Below, piece after piece: positions 37,132 to 46,556 of a DNA stretch of 64,000 nt (position 1 is the first letter of the stretch; each line of letters starts with the position of its first letter). Under the pieces are notes generated by a model. It saw nothing but the letters and a program-made list of their open reading frames with translations. It had not been told where the DNA came from and did not search any database. Source of the stretch: Longimicrobiales bacterium. GTDB lineage: Bacteria > Gemmatimonadota > Gemmatimonadetes > Longimicrobiales > Gaopeijiaceae. Made by a program: the position numbers and the translations under genes. The stretch lies in contig JAWLHJ010000001.1 of the NCBI GenBank assembly GCA_041690395.1, positions 704,001 to 768,000 on the forward strand, in the 5' to 3' direction.

Positions 37132-39161
37132 GGGTCGGCCTCGGTGGTCTCCTGCTGGTCGTGGTCGAGGCGGCGGCCCTGGCGGGCGTGGCGCCCGCCG
37201 CCGCTCAGGTGGCGCCCACGTCCGCCGACGTCCAGATGGCGCCCCCGCTCTGGCTCGTCGCCCACGGGGATTCGGTGACGGTGCAGCTATCGCGTGTCCC
37301 GGAGGTCTTCGACGGATTCCATCTGTACCGGGGTGCGACGGACGGGACCCTGACGCGGATCACCGAAAGCCCGGTGACGCCGGCCGTCGGAGTCGACGCG
37401 GTTCTGGCGGCGTTGGGGGGAGATGCTCCGCTCCTCGAGGACCTGACGCGTTCGGCCACGCCCGTGCAGATGGCTCGACGCCTCACCGTCGATCCCGTGA
37501 CCTCGGCCGTGTACAGCTACCTCTTCCCCTCCGTCGCCCACGCCCTGGGGCGTCGCTTCGTGGATGCGGCCGCGTCCGGCGCCGGACCGCTCCGGTATCG
37601 CGTGGCCTTCGTCGACGTCCAGGGCGAAGAGACGGGGGAAGCCGTGGAGGGGAGCGTAGAGCTCAGCGACGTGCTTCCGGGGGCGCCCACCGACCTGACG
37701 GGCGAGGCCGGCCCCGGGGGCGTCACCCTGGAGTGGCGGTATCCGCGGTATACCGGCGAGGCTCAGGATTTCGTCGTGGGCTTCCACGTCTACCGCCGGG
37801 GGGACACCGCACCGGAAGGGGCCCCGGAGAGCGCAGGATACGTGCGCATGACGGACGCCCCGGTGGCACGGAACGATCTCGCGGACCCCACCTGGGCCGA
37901 TGCCGGGGCCCGTACCGGAGCGGCGTACACGTACGACGTCCGCGCGGTGGATCTTCTCGGGCGGGAAGGTCCAGCGTCGCAGCCCGTGACCGTGACGCTC
38001 ACCGACAGCCCTCCGCCGTCGGCGCCCTCCGCTCTCGTGGCCCTTCCGGACGAGGGGAGCGTGCGGCTGGCCTGGCGCATTCCGCCGGAGCTCACCCTGG
38101 CCGGGTATCGCGTGGAGCGGTCCCTGGGCCTCGATCTCCCCTACGCGCCGCGCACCGACGCGTTGATCCCGGCGGACGACCCCCGCTGGACCGACGAACA
38201 GGTTGTGGGAGGCACCCAATACTTCTACCGCGTGGTGGCGGTGGACGCCGAGGGGCGGGAGAGCGAGCCGGGGAACCCGGTCGCGGCCGTCCCCTTCGAC
38301 AACGCACCGCCTCTCGCTCCCGCTGCCCTCCGGGCCGAGACCGTCGACGGGGCGGTGCGGCTCGAGTGGACCCCGCCGGAGGGGGACGACGTCCTCGGCT
38401 ACCACATCTACCGTGGAGAGGGCGAGGGAACGCCCGTCCGCCTGACCTCCGCGCCTTCCGCCGAGCCGATGTTCACGGACCGCGGCTTCGAGGGAAGGGG
38501 GTTCGTACCCGGGCGCAGCTATCGCATGAGGGTCACGGCGGTGGACGGGCTTCTCAACGAGTCCGTACCCGCCGAGGTGGAGGTCACCATCCCCGACGAC
38601 GAGGCGCCCGGACGCCCCACGGGCGTCCACGTCCGCCCGGACGGAGGCAGGGCGCTCGTGGTGCGGTGGAGTCCGGCACCCGACCTCGACGTCGTGCGTT
38701 ACGTGGTGTACCGAGCGGAGGAGCTCCTCGGCACGGTGCCCGCCACCGGCCCGCTCCGGCTGCGGGACGCCGGCGCCGTTCCGGGCGTGACGCACCCGTA
38801 TCGCGTGGCGGCGGTGGACGCCGCCGGCAACGAGGGTGCCGCAGCCGAGGTGGCGGGGGTGTTACGGGACGACACCCCGCCCCCGCCACCGGGTTACGTG
38901 GAGGCCGCCCTGGTCCCGGAAGGTGTGCTCGTGGCATGGGGGCGCGTGGCCGCCGGGGATCTGGCCGGGTATCGCGTGTACCGTGCGAGCACACCAACCG
39001 GGGTGGGGGTCGTGGTGGGCGACCTGGTGCCTCCGGAAGGGGAGCGCCGCCTGACGGATCCCGCCGGGGATGCCGGCTCCTTCTACCGCGTGGTGGCCGT
39101 CGACACCTCCGGGAACGAGTCGCGGCCCTCCACGGCCGTGCAGCCGGCGGGGGGCGCATGA
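37128..39161 (+). CDS. Secreted fibronectin type III repeat protein
   Basis: Signal peptide; about 5 FN3 repeats (V-x-L-x-W, GY-x-VYR, Y-x-YRV-x-AVD-x-x-G-x-ES); ATGA overlap with the giant gene. Confidence 0.9.
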   Translation: MRVGLGGLLLVVVEAAALAGVAPAAAQVAPTSADVQMAPPLWLVAHGDSVTVQLSRVPEVFDGFHLYRGATDGTLTRITESPVTPAVGVDAVLAALGGDAPLLEDLTRSATPVQMARRLTVDPVTSAVYSYLFPSVAHALGRRFVDAAASGAGPLRYRVAFVDVQGEETGEAVEGSVELSDVLPGAPTDLTGEAGPGGVTLEWRYPRYTGEAQDFVVGFHVYRRGDTAPEGAPESAGYVRMTDAPVARNDLADPTWADAGARTGAAYTYDVRAVDLLGREGPASQPVTVTLTDSPPPSAPSALVALPDEGSVRLAWRIPPELTLAGYRVERSLGLDLPYAPRTDALIPADDPRWTDEQVVGGTQYFYRVVAVDAEGRESEPGNPVAAVPFDNAPPLAPAALRAETVDGAVRLEWTPPEGDDVLGYHIYRGEGEGTPVRLTSAPSAEPMFTDRGFEGRGFVPGRSYRMRVTAVDGLLNESVPAEVEVTIPDDEAPGRPTGVHVRPDGGRALVVRWSPAPDLDVVRYVVYRAEELLGTVPATGPLRLRDAGAVPGVTHPYRVAAVDAAGNEGAAAEVAGVLRDDTPPPPPGYVEAALVPEGVLVAWGRVAAGDLAGYRVYRASTPTGVGVVVGDLVPPEGERRLTDPAGDAGSFYRVVAVDTSGNESRPSTAVQPAGGA

Positions 39162-41185
39162 GCCGGCTGAACCGTCCGGGTGGCCCGTCCTCCATGGGCG
39201 CGGTCCTTCTCCTGGTCGCGGCGCTCGCGCCCATCCCGGCCGGCGCGTTGCAGCGCGTGGCGGACACCGCCCCGGACACCGCTCACGTCCGGCGCCTTCT
39301 GCACGATGCCGTGGCGCGTGCGCCGGAGGCGGTCGGTCCCTACCTGGAACTCGCCGCCTTCGAGCTGTCCCAGCGTCGGGAGGGGGTGGCCGAGACGGTC
39401 CTGCGCACGGGGCTGGAGGCCGCTTCGCGTCATCCCGATGTCGGCGTCCTGCGGCGTGGGCTCACGGAGCTTCTGGGGAGCCAGGCCCGTTGGGCCGAGG
39501 CCCTGGAGGTGGTGGCGGACCCGGAGCTCGAGGCCCGCCTTCGGGTGGGTGCCGCGCGTGCCCACCGCGAGTCCGGCCAGACGACCCGGGCGGAGGCCGA
39601 CCTTCGGCGAGCGGTGGCCCTGGAGCCCGATTTCCGGGAGGCATGGCTGGAGCTGGCCGCGCTCCTGGCACAGGGCGAGCGCATGGAGGAGGCCCGGGCC
39701 GCCGCGGACCGTGGGCTCGAGGCCCACCCCGACGATCCGGAGCTACGGCTGGTTCGCGCCGCCACGCTCCATGGCCCGGAGCACGTCACAGAGACCGTGG
39801 CGGCCCTACGCGCCCTTCGGTCCCGCCGGCCGGGCGACGTGGCGCTGGCCCTCTCCCTGGCGGGATACCTGAGTGCGGCGGGGGATCCCACCGCCGCCAT
39901 GGCCCTCCAGGACACCCTGCTCGCCGATCCGCGCCCCGCCGCGGACGTGTTCCGCCACGTGGGCCGCTTCTGGCTCACCGTGGGAGATGCGGATTCGGCG
40001 TCGGTGCACCTGGAGCGGGGCACCCGCGTCCACCCGGACGACGCCACCCTCCACGCCCTGCTGGGCTTCAGCCGGGAGGAGGCGGGTCACCCCGAGGCGC
40101 CCGAGGCGTACGGCGCCGCCGTGCGCCTCCTGGAGGGCTCGGGTGCGCGCCGGACCTCGGCGTGGCTCCGACTCCGAGCCGCCCGGGCCGCCGCCGCACG
40201 GGGGCGCGGCACCGACGCGCTCTCGTGGATCCGTCCCTTTACCGTGGCCGACCCGCTTCCGGCCGTGCTGCTGAGCGCGGAGCTCGCCCTGGAGCTGGAC
40301 CGACCCCGCCACGCCCGGACCACGCTGGACGAAGTCGCGCCCCGCTGGTCCGGTGATATCGCCTTCCGGGAGGCGGACGCCCATGTGGCTCTGGCCCTGG
40401 GGGACACCACCGGTGCCGTGCGTCGCTACGAGGCGCTGGCCAGGGCGGGGAATGCCACGGCCTTCGTCGCGCTCGGCGGGTTGGCGCGCTCGGGAGTGAC
40501 CACGAGCGTCGCCGGGGATTCGGCGGCGCTCCGGGCCGCCGTCCGTTCCGGGATCGAAGCCGTGGCCCGGGTGGAAGAAGGAATGGCCGATGCCGGGGCC
40601 GAAGGCGGACAGCCCATGGATGGCGCACGCCTCGTGGAAGGTGGGGATCTCGCCGCCGAGTGGGCACGGCGCACCCTCGAGACGCGCCGCAGCGCGCTGG
40701 GGCACGTCCTTTTTCGCATGGTCTTCGAGACGGCGTGGGGCCCTGCCGAGCTGGCTCGGCTCCGCGCCGCCTACCCCGGGAGCGTCTATCTCGCGGAGAT
40801 GGATATCCGGCTGGCGCTCCGTCAGGGCGAGGCCACCCGGGCCCTCCAGGAGGTCGAACGCCTCCTGCGACTTCAGCCCGGGCGCGTGGACCCCCACGTG
40901 CTCCACGGCGCCTCCCTGGAGGCCGCCGGCCGAGCCGCGGAGGCGCGGGCGAGCTACGGCCGGGCGTTCGAGATGGATCCCGGAGCCGACACCGCGTTCC
41001 AGGGACTCCTGCGTCTCCACCGGAGCGACGGCTCGCTGGACGACCTCCTGGGTCGCGTCCGACGCGTCCGAGCCACCGCGCCGGACGATCGAGTCCTGGT
41101 GACCCGGGAGGTGGAAGTGCTCCAGCGCCTGGGCCGGCTGCAGGAAGCCAGGGATCTCGCCTCGCAGCACGGAGGGGGTGCATGA
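39158..41185 (+). CDS. Secreted/periplasmic tetratricopeptide-repeat protein
   Basis: Signal-like N-terminus; repeated TPR helices (LRRAVALEPDFREAW, GLEAHPDD, RAFEMDP); ATGA overlaps at both ends. Confidence 0.85.
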   Translation: MSRLNRPGGPSSMGAVLLLVAALAPIPAGALQRVADTAPDTAHVRRLLHDAVARAPEAVGPYLELAAFELSQRREGVAETVLRTGLEAASRHPDVGVLRRGLTELLGSQARWAEALEVVADPELEARLRVGAARAHRESGQTTRAEADLRRAVALEPDFREAWLELAALLAQGERMEEARAAADRGLEAHPDDPELRLVRAATLHGPEHVTETVAALRALRSRRPGDVALALSLAGYLSAAGDPTAAMALQDTLLADPRPAADVFRHVGRFWLTVGDADSASVHLERGTRVHPDDATLHALLGFSREEAGHPEAPEAYGAAVRLLEGSGARRTSAWLRLRAARAAAARGRGTDALSWIRPFTVADPLPAVLLSAELALELDRPRHARTTLDEVAPRWSGDIAFREADAHVALALGDTTGAVRRYEALARAGNATAFVALGGLARSGVTTSVAGDSAALRAAVRSGIEAVARVEEGMADAGAEGGQPMDGARLVEGGDLAAEWARRTLETRRSALGHVLFRMVFETAWGPAELARLRAAYPGSVYLAEMDIRLALRQGEATRALQEVERLLRLQPGRVDPHVLHGASLEAAGRAAEARASYGRAFEMDPGADTAFQGLLRLHRSDGSLDDLLGRVRRVRATAPDDRVLVTREVEVLQRLGRLQEARDLASQHGGGA

Positions 41186-43002
41186 CGGCCCTGGCACGGG
41201 TGTCCGACGCCGGCCGCGTGTGGGCCGCCTCTATGGTCGTGGCGTGCGCGGTGGCCCTCGCCTGCCCCGTGGCCATCCTGGGCCAGGCGGCCGCTCAGAC
41301 CCCGGACCCCGAGGCACGTCCGGTGGCGGGCCTTACGCCCGAAGAGGCGGCGCTCCTCGCGGTGCCCGACACGGTAACCGGAAGCACGGGGAGCTTCCTC
41401 ACCGACGCGGTGCGCTTCGGCGGGCACGCCACGGTGAGCGGTGAGCTCTACCGGGCCGGGGGCATCGAGGCGCGCCGGCCGGGCTCCATCTGGCGCATGA
41501 ACAGCGGGGCCACCACATCCCTCTTCGGCGGCATGACCCTCCAGGCCGACGTGGTCGCTTCCACCGAGGGCGTCGACTTCCGGCAGGACGTGAACCAGCT
41601 GGGCCTGAGCCCGACCTGGGACTGGGGCGGCTTCTCGGTGGGCGACTTCGCCATGGACTACTCCCCCTACGTCCTCCAGGGCACGCGGGTGCGGGGCGGG
41701 GGCGTCATGGTGGACCCCGGCTCCTTCAGAGCCTCCGCGCAGGGTGGGCGCCTGCAGCGGGCCGAAGCTCCCTCCGACGCGCCCCATCAGGCGTACGACC
41801 GGAACATGGTGGCGGCCCGGGGCGGTGTCGGCGCGCTGGAGGGAAGCCACCTCAACGTCACGGTGCTCACGGCGTGGGACACCCCCAGCGACCGGGGCTT
41901 CATTCAGGTCGATACGCTGTTCCTGGACACCATCCCGGCGGACCTGCGCCCGGAGCTCGAGACCCGGCCGCAGGAGAGTCTGGTGGCCGCCGTGGATGCC
42001 GGCACGCAACTGTTCTCGGGCCGCTTCGACCTCAGGGGCGAGGTGGCCACGGCCCTGGTCACGCGGGACGTCGAGAGTTCCCTGGTGGACGACGCCGAGG
42101 GGCTCTCCGGGCCTGGAGCGCCCCTGGGCGACGTGGGCGACGTGCGGATCTCCACGACCCTGGATCACGCCTACCGGGGGGAAGCCCGCATGCGGGTGGG
42201 AGCGGGTACGCTGGACGGGCGGTACGAGCGAATCGGCGCGGGCTACGGATCCCTCGGCCTCCCCTACCTGGTGAACGACCTCCGCAACTGGCAGGTGGGC
42301 GGCGGTTACCCGTTCCTCCAGGGCCGGGTAGCGGTGCAGGGACGCTATCTGGATCAGACGAACAACGTGGAGAGCCAGCGCCGGAACACCGTGGACCGGC
42401 ACACCATGCAGCTCAACCTCGCCGTGCGCCCGCTGGACGACCTCACCACCACCGTGAGCGGGATGCGCGCCACCATGCGGAACGACGCCGTCCAGGAAGA
42501 CCATCGGCTGGATCACGTCACGTCGGCCGTCACCACCAGCGTGGGCCTTCGCCACGAGCTGCTGGGGTTGGCCTCCAACACGAGCGTCCAGTACGGCTTC
42601 CAGCTCACCGAGAGCGACGACGCGTGGATCGGGGCCTCCTGGATCGTGACCCACAGCGTGGGCCTCACCCACAGCGTCCGCTTCACGCCCGCGTTCTCCG
42701 TGGCGCCCTCGGTCTCGGCGGTGCTGACCCGCGGGACCGGGTTGGAGGAGCGGCGCAACCTCCGCCTGGGCTTCCGGGGGAACGGCCGCTTCCTGGACGA
42801 TCGCCTCCGCACCACCGCGTCCGTATCCCACGCCACCAGCCAGGGACGCGACGTCTTCGGGGCCCAGGGTCAGCTCTCGTACCCCGTGGTGTGGGGCACC
42901 GCGCTGTCCGCTCAGCTCCGTCACATGCGCTACACCGCTCTGGGCCAGCGTCCGGCGTTCGACGAGACGTTCGTCACCTTCGCCCTGTCCCGGAGCTTCT
43001 GA
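41182..43002 (+). CDS. Putative outer-membrane beta-barrel protein, uncharacterised family
   Basis: Signal peptide; alternating amphipathic strands throughout; C-terminal FVTFALSRSF (BAM beta-signal with terminal Phe); no TonB plug or POTRA motif recognised. Confidence 0.8.
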   Translation: MTALARVSDAGRVWAASMVVACAVALACPVAILGQAAAQTPDPEARPVAGLTPEEAALLAVPDTVTGSTGSFLTDAVRFGGHATVSGELYRAGGIEARRPGSIWRMNSGATTSLFGGMTLQADVVASTEGVDFRQDVNQLGLSPTWDWGGFSVGDFAMDYSPYVLQGTRVRGGGVMVDPGSFRASAQGGRLQRAEAPSDAPHQAYDRNMVAARGGVGALEGSHLNVTVLTAWDTPSDRGFIQVDTLFLDTIPADLRPELETRPQESLVAAVDAGTQLFSGRFDLRGEVATALVTRDVESSLVDDAEGLSGPGAPLGDVGDVRISTTLDHAYRGEARMRVGAGTLDGRYERIGAGYGSLGLPYLVNDLRNWQVGGGYPFLQGRVAVQGRYLDQTNNVESQRRNTVDRHTMQLNLAVRPLDDLTTTVSGMRATMRNDAVQEDHRLDHVTSAVTTSVGLRHELLGLASNTSVQYGFQLTESDDAWIGASWIVTHSVGLTHSVRFTPAFSVAPSVSAVLTRGTGLEERRNLRLGFRGNGRFLDDRLRTTASVSHATSQGRDVFGAQGQLSYPVVWGTALSAQLRHMRYTALGQRPAFDETFVTFALSRSF

Positions 43003-43004
43003 GC

Positions 43005-46000
43005 ATGGGTCGCATGCGGACATTGGGTGGCCTCCGCGGCCGGCACGCTCTCCTGGGCACGGCGCTGGTGCTCCTCATGGCTTGCACCGAGTACCTCACC
43101 GAGCCAGGCGTCGATGCGGAGCCGCAGCCTCCGGTTCTCGCGGGAACCGCGCTGACTCCGGATTCCGTCCTCATCATCGATGCCGATGCCGTGGTCCAGG
43201 CCGTGGTGGAGGGACGGAGCGACGTGGGCATCGACTCAGTGGGTCTCGTGCTCACCAGCCCTTCAGGTACGGGCAAGGTGCGATGCGTCGTGGCGCAACC
43301 CGAGGAGGGCGACGTCTTCGACGGGCGGTGGCGCTGTCCGCTGACCCTCCCGCCGGGGTCGGAGTCGGGCCTGTGGGCTCCGGATTCCGTGGCCCTGTTC
43401 GGCACCGGGGATCCGGTGGCGACGCGGATATGGACCGCATCGGAGCTGGAGGACGCGGGGGTGCTCCCCCTCGTCCGGGTGGTGGGCACGCCGCCGGTAC
43501 CGACCACCTTGGACGTCGAGCCGGCCCTCGTGGCCCTCACCACCGCCGACACCGCCGTGACCCTCTCGGCGGTCGTGCTGAACCAGTACGGCGGGCTCAT
43601 GCCCGACGTCCCGCTGACGTGGACCAGCACCGACGAGGGCGTGGCCAGGGTGAGCGCCTCGGGCGTGGTGACGCCCGTGGGGCTCGGGAGCTCCGAGGTC
43701 GTGGTCGAGGTCGCCGGCCTGGAGGCCCGTGTCTCCGTCGAGGTCCCGCCCACCCCCGTGCTCGTGGTGTCGCCCACCCTCCTGGTCTTCGATGAGGTGG
43801 GCGCATCCGCGCCCATCCAGGCCGCGCTCACGGATCAGTTCGGCGACCCCACCCCGTTCACGCTCATCACGTTCCAGTCCGAAGATCCGACCGTGGCCGA
43901 CGTGGGTCCGGGTGGGACGGTAGTGGCCAACGGTCCGGGATCCACCTTCATCATGGTCCGCGCCGGAGACCTCGAGGCCAGGATCACCGTGACTGTCGGG
44001 GGAGGCGTGCTCACTCCTGGTCACCGGTGGATCAACCCCGATGGCGGAAGCTTCACCGACCCCGCCAACTGGAGCCGGGGCGAGGTCCCCGCCGCCCAGG
44101 ACACGGCGGTCATCGACCTGGAGGGCACCTACGAGATCCGGCTCAACGCCACCGCCGCGGTGGGCACGCTCCTGGCCGGCAACGGCGCCGGCACCGCCCG
44201 CCCCACGCTGGCGCTGCAGGACGGACGCCTGGCCGTGGGCGACACCGCCCACTTCGGTTCGGGCTCCACGCTGCACATCGAGTACGGCGCGCTCGAGGGG
44301 GCCGGGACCGTCGTGGTCGCCGATACGCTGCGCTGGTCCGGTGGGCTCCAGAGTGGCCCGGGCAGCACCGTGGTCACCGCCGACGGCGTCCTCCTCCTCA
44401 CCGGTGACGTGAAGCACGGCGACGGACGGAACATCGACCTCCAGGGCGTGGGCCGGTGGGACTCGGGGAAGATCAGCCTCCGGAACAGAGCCGAGCTCGC
44501 CGTCCGTGCGGGCGCCGAGCTCCGCGTGGAGGCGGGGGACACGCTGGAGTGGACGCCGGCCTCGGTTTCGGGGAGCCTCCTGGTGGAGGGGCATGTCGTC
44601 ACTTCGTTCAACTCCGGCGTCACCACCGTCACGGTGCCCATGGTGAACGACGGCGAGATCTGGATAGAGAACGGCGCGACCTGGCGCACCGTGAACAGCA
44701 CCGCCGTCTCGGGCTCCGGGCATTGGTGGATCGACACCGGCGCGCTCCTGGACCTGTCCAGCACATCCATGACCGTGTTCGGCGCCGGTGGGTCGGTTAC
44801 CGGAGGGGGCACGCTCCGGGCGGCGTCCGGCGTGGTGAGCGTCGAGGGAGGTCTGGACGTCGGACGCCTGGAGGCGCTGGCCAACACGCTGTCGTTGAGC
44901 TCCGGCGGACTCCTCGAGGTCGGCACGCTGGAGCAGACCGACGGCCGCATCTCGTTCTCCAACGGGACCGTGCTGAGGGTGGCCGACGCCTGGCAGTGGG
45001 GTGAGCGGGGGTTGGCCGGCGAGGGCACCCTCCACGTCGCGACCGGGGCGGTGGCCACCGTGTCCACGGCCAGCGTCTTCCGAGGCGTCGACGCCGGAGC
45101 CCAGGTCTTGGTGGACGGGACGTTGCGATGGACCACCGGGCAGATCGGCCTTCGCAACGGAGGTGACCTCCACGTCCGTGCGGGCGGGCTCATGGAGATC
45201 CTCGGGGACGTGAACATGACCTCGGTGAACACCCAGGGCCCCGATGACGAGCCGCTGTTCCTCAACGAGGGCTCGGTGCTCAAGAGCGGTGGGACGGGCA
45301 TCACCGTCATCGCCGCCGACGTGCGGAACCGCGGTGTCATGACCCTCGGAGCCGGGCGCATCCTCCACGCCGGCTCCGTCTGGCACGAGGCGGGGTCGGT
45401 CCTGCAGGGCACGGGTGTGTTCGACATCCAGCAGGCCGGCGAGGTGGCGTTCGACGGGCGCATGAACCCGGGACGTCTCCCCGATGTGTCGGTGGGCGAG
45501 CCCACGGCGGCGTTCCTCACGTTCGTAGGTGGCCCCCTCACGTTCGGGCCGGGCCACCGCCTGGACCTGCAGCTGTCGGGGACGGCCCTCACGGACCACG
45601 ACCGGGTTACCGTCGGCGGCGTCTTCACTGCAGGCGGTGAGCTGCGCATCACGGGATTCGGGGATTGGGTCCCCCAGACCGGGGAGCAGGTCACGATCAT
45701 GCAGTTCACCGGCCGCGCCGGCACTTTCGACGAGGTCACGGGCCTCGACTTCGGCGTGGCTCTGGGAGGCGTCCCGCTGGATACCGTATGGATGGCCGAC
45801 CGCCTGCTGCTGGTGGGCCAGGAGGCTCCCCCCACCGTCACCACGGGAGCACTCTACGGCGTGGACGCCAGCACCGACGCGCTGCACCTCATCGACCCGG
45901 TGGCGGGAACGAGTGTCCGCATCGGAACGACGCTCGGCGGGGCGGCGACTCCGGCCGGCATGGCCGTCGTACCGTCCACGTGGGAGATGCTGGTCTGGAG

Positions 46001-46556
46001 CAACACGCCCGCCCTCGAGCTCCTTTCGGTGGACGTCTGTACCGGCCTGGGCACTACACTCCAGACCTACTCGGGGCTGGATGCCGTGTCCGCCATCGCC
46101 TACCGGGCCGACGGATCCCTCTTCGGCTTCACGCAGGACGGCATGTTCAGGATCGACACCGACGCGCCGTCGAGACCCCTGACGTGGATCGACGAGACGC
46201 TCGGGATTCGCGTCGCGGGTGCGGACTTCACGCCGGACAACCGTCTCTACGGCGTGGAGCTCCGTATCGGCGCACCCATCCGCCTGGTGGAGCTCGACCC
46301 CGCCAACGGCGCCATCCTCCAGTCCATGGACATCCGGGACGCCGAGGGCACGCTCCTGGACGTCGGAGTCGCCGGCTCGTTGGCGTGGAACGCGGCCACC
46401 GGTCGCTTCCTGGCGTCCAGCACCCGCGGATTCGCGGGCATCGGGACCGCGCTCTTCGACCTGGGCACGAACGGCGTGGCGTACGATCCCCGTCCGTACG
46501 CCGGGGACGGGTCTCAGGGGATGGGCTTCCGGCCCGCCCCTACCTGCGGGGGATAG
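43005..46556 (+). CDS. Adhesin-like lipoprotein: Ig-like (Big_2) domains, beta-helix passenger-like region, C-terminal beta-propeller
   Basis: Lipobox LMAC; LTWTSTDEGVARVSASGVVT and FQSEDPTVADV; WINPDGGSFTDPANWS..VP; G-x-GTL repeats; terminal blades (LYGV, IAYRADG, DFTPDNRLYGV). Confidence 0.82.
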   Translation: MGRMRTLGGLRGRHALLGTALVLLMACTEYLTEPGVDAEPQPPVLAGTALTPDSVLIIDADAVVQAVVEGRSDVGIDSVGLVLTSPSGTGKVRCVVAQPEEGDVFDGRWRCPLTLPPGSESGLWAPDSVALFGTGDPVATRIWTASELEDAGVLPLVRVVGTPPVPTTLDVEPALVALTTADTAVTLSAVVLNQYGGLMPDVPLTWTSTDEGVARVSASGVVTPVGLGSSEVVVEVAGLEARVSVEVPPTPVLVVSPTLLVFDEVGASAPIQAALTDQFGDPTPFTLITFQSEDPTVADVGPGGTVVANGPGSTFIMVRAGDLEARITVTVGGGVLTPGHRWINPDGGSFTDPANWSRGEVPAAQDTAVIDLEGTYEIRLNATAAVGTLLAGNGAGTARPTLALQDGRLAVGDTAHFGSGSTLHIEYGALEGAGTVVVADTLRWSGGLQSGPGSTVVTADGVLLLTGDVKHGDGRNIDLQGVGRWDSGKISLRNRAELAVRAGAELRVEAGDTLEWTPASVSGSLLVEGHVVTSFNSGVTTVTVPMVNDGEIWIENGATWRTVNSTAVSGSGHWWIDTGALLDLSSTSMTVFGAGGSVTGGGTLRAASGVVSVEGGLDVGRLEALANTLSLSSGGLLEVGTLEQTDGRISFSNGTVLRVADAWQWGERGLAGEGTLHVATGAVATVSTASVFRGVDAGAQVLVDGTLRWTTGQIGLRNGGDLHVRAGGLMEILGDVNMTSVNTQGPDDEPLFLNEGSVLKSGGTGITVIAADVRNRGVMTLGAGRILHAGSVWHEAGSVLQGTGVFDIQQAGEVAFDGRMNPGRLPDVSVGEPTAAFLTFVGGPLTFGPGHRLDLQLSGTALTDHDRVTVGGVFTAGGELRITGFGDWVPQTGEQVTIMQFTGRAGTFDEVTGLDFGVALGGVPLDTVWMADRLLLVGQEAPPTVTTGALYGVDASTDALHLIDPVAGTSVRIGTTLGGAATPAGMAVVPSTWEMLVWSNTPALELLSVDVCTGLGTTLQTYSGLDAVSAIAYRADGSLFGFTQDGMFRIDTDAPSRPLTWIDETLGIRVAGADFTPDNRLYGVELRIGAPIRLVELDPANGAILQSMDIRDAEGTLLDVGVAGSLAWNAATGRFLASSTRGFAGIGTALFDLGTNGVAYDPRPYAGDGSQGMGFRPAPTCGG

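Noticed and set aside
37733..43004. N-terminal extensions of the track ORFs starting at 37733, 40660 and 41874 (likewise 12016, 12441, 49362, 60448)
   Set aside because: They overlap neighbouring genes with junk-like translation; starts with ATGA/TTGA coupling or an SD plus signal peptide lie downstream
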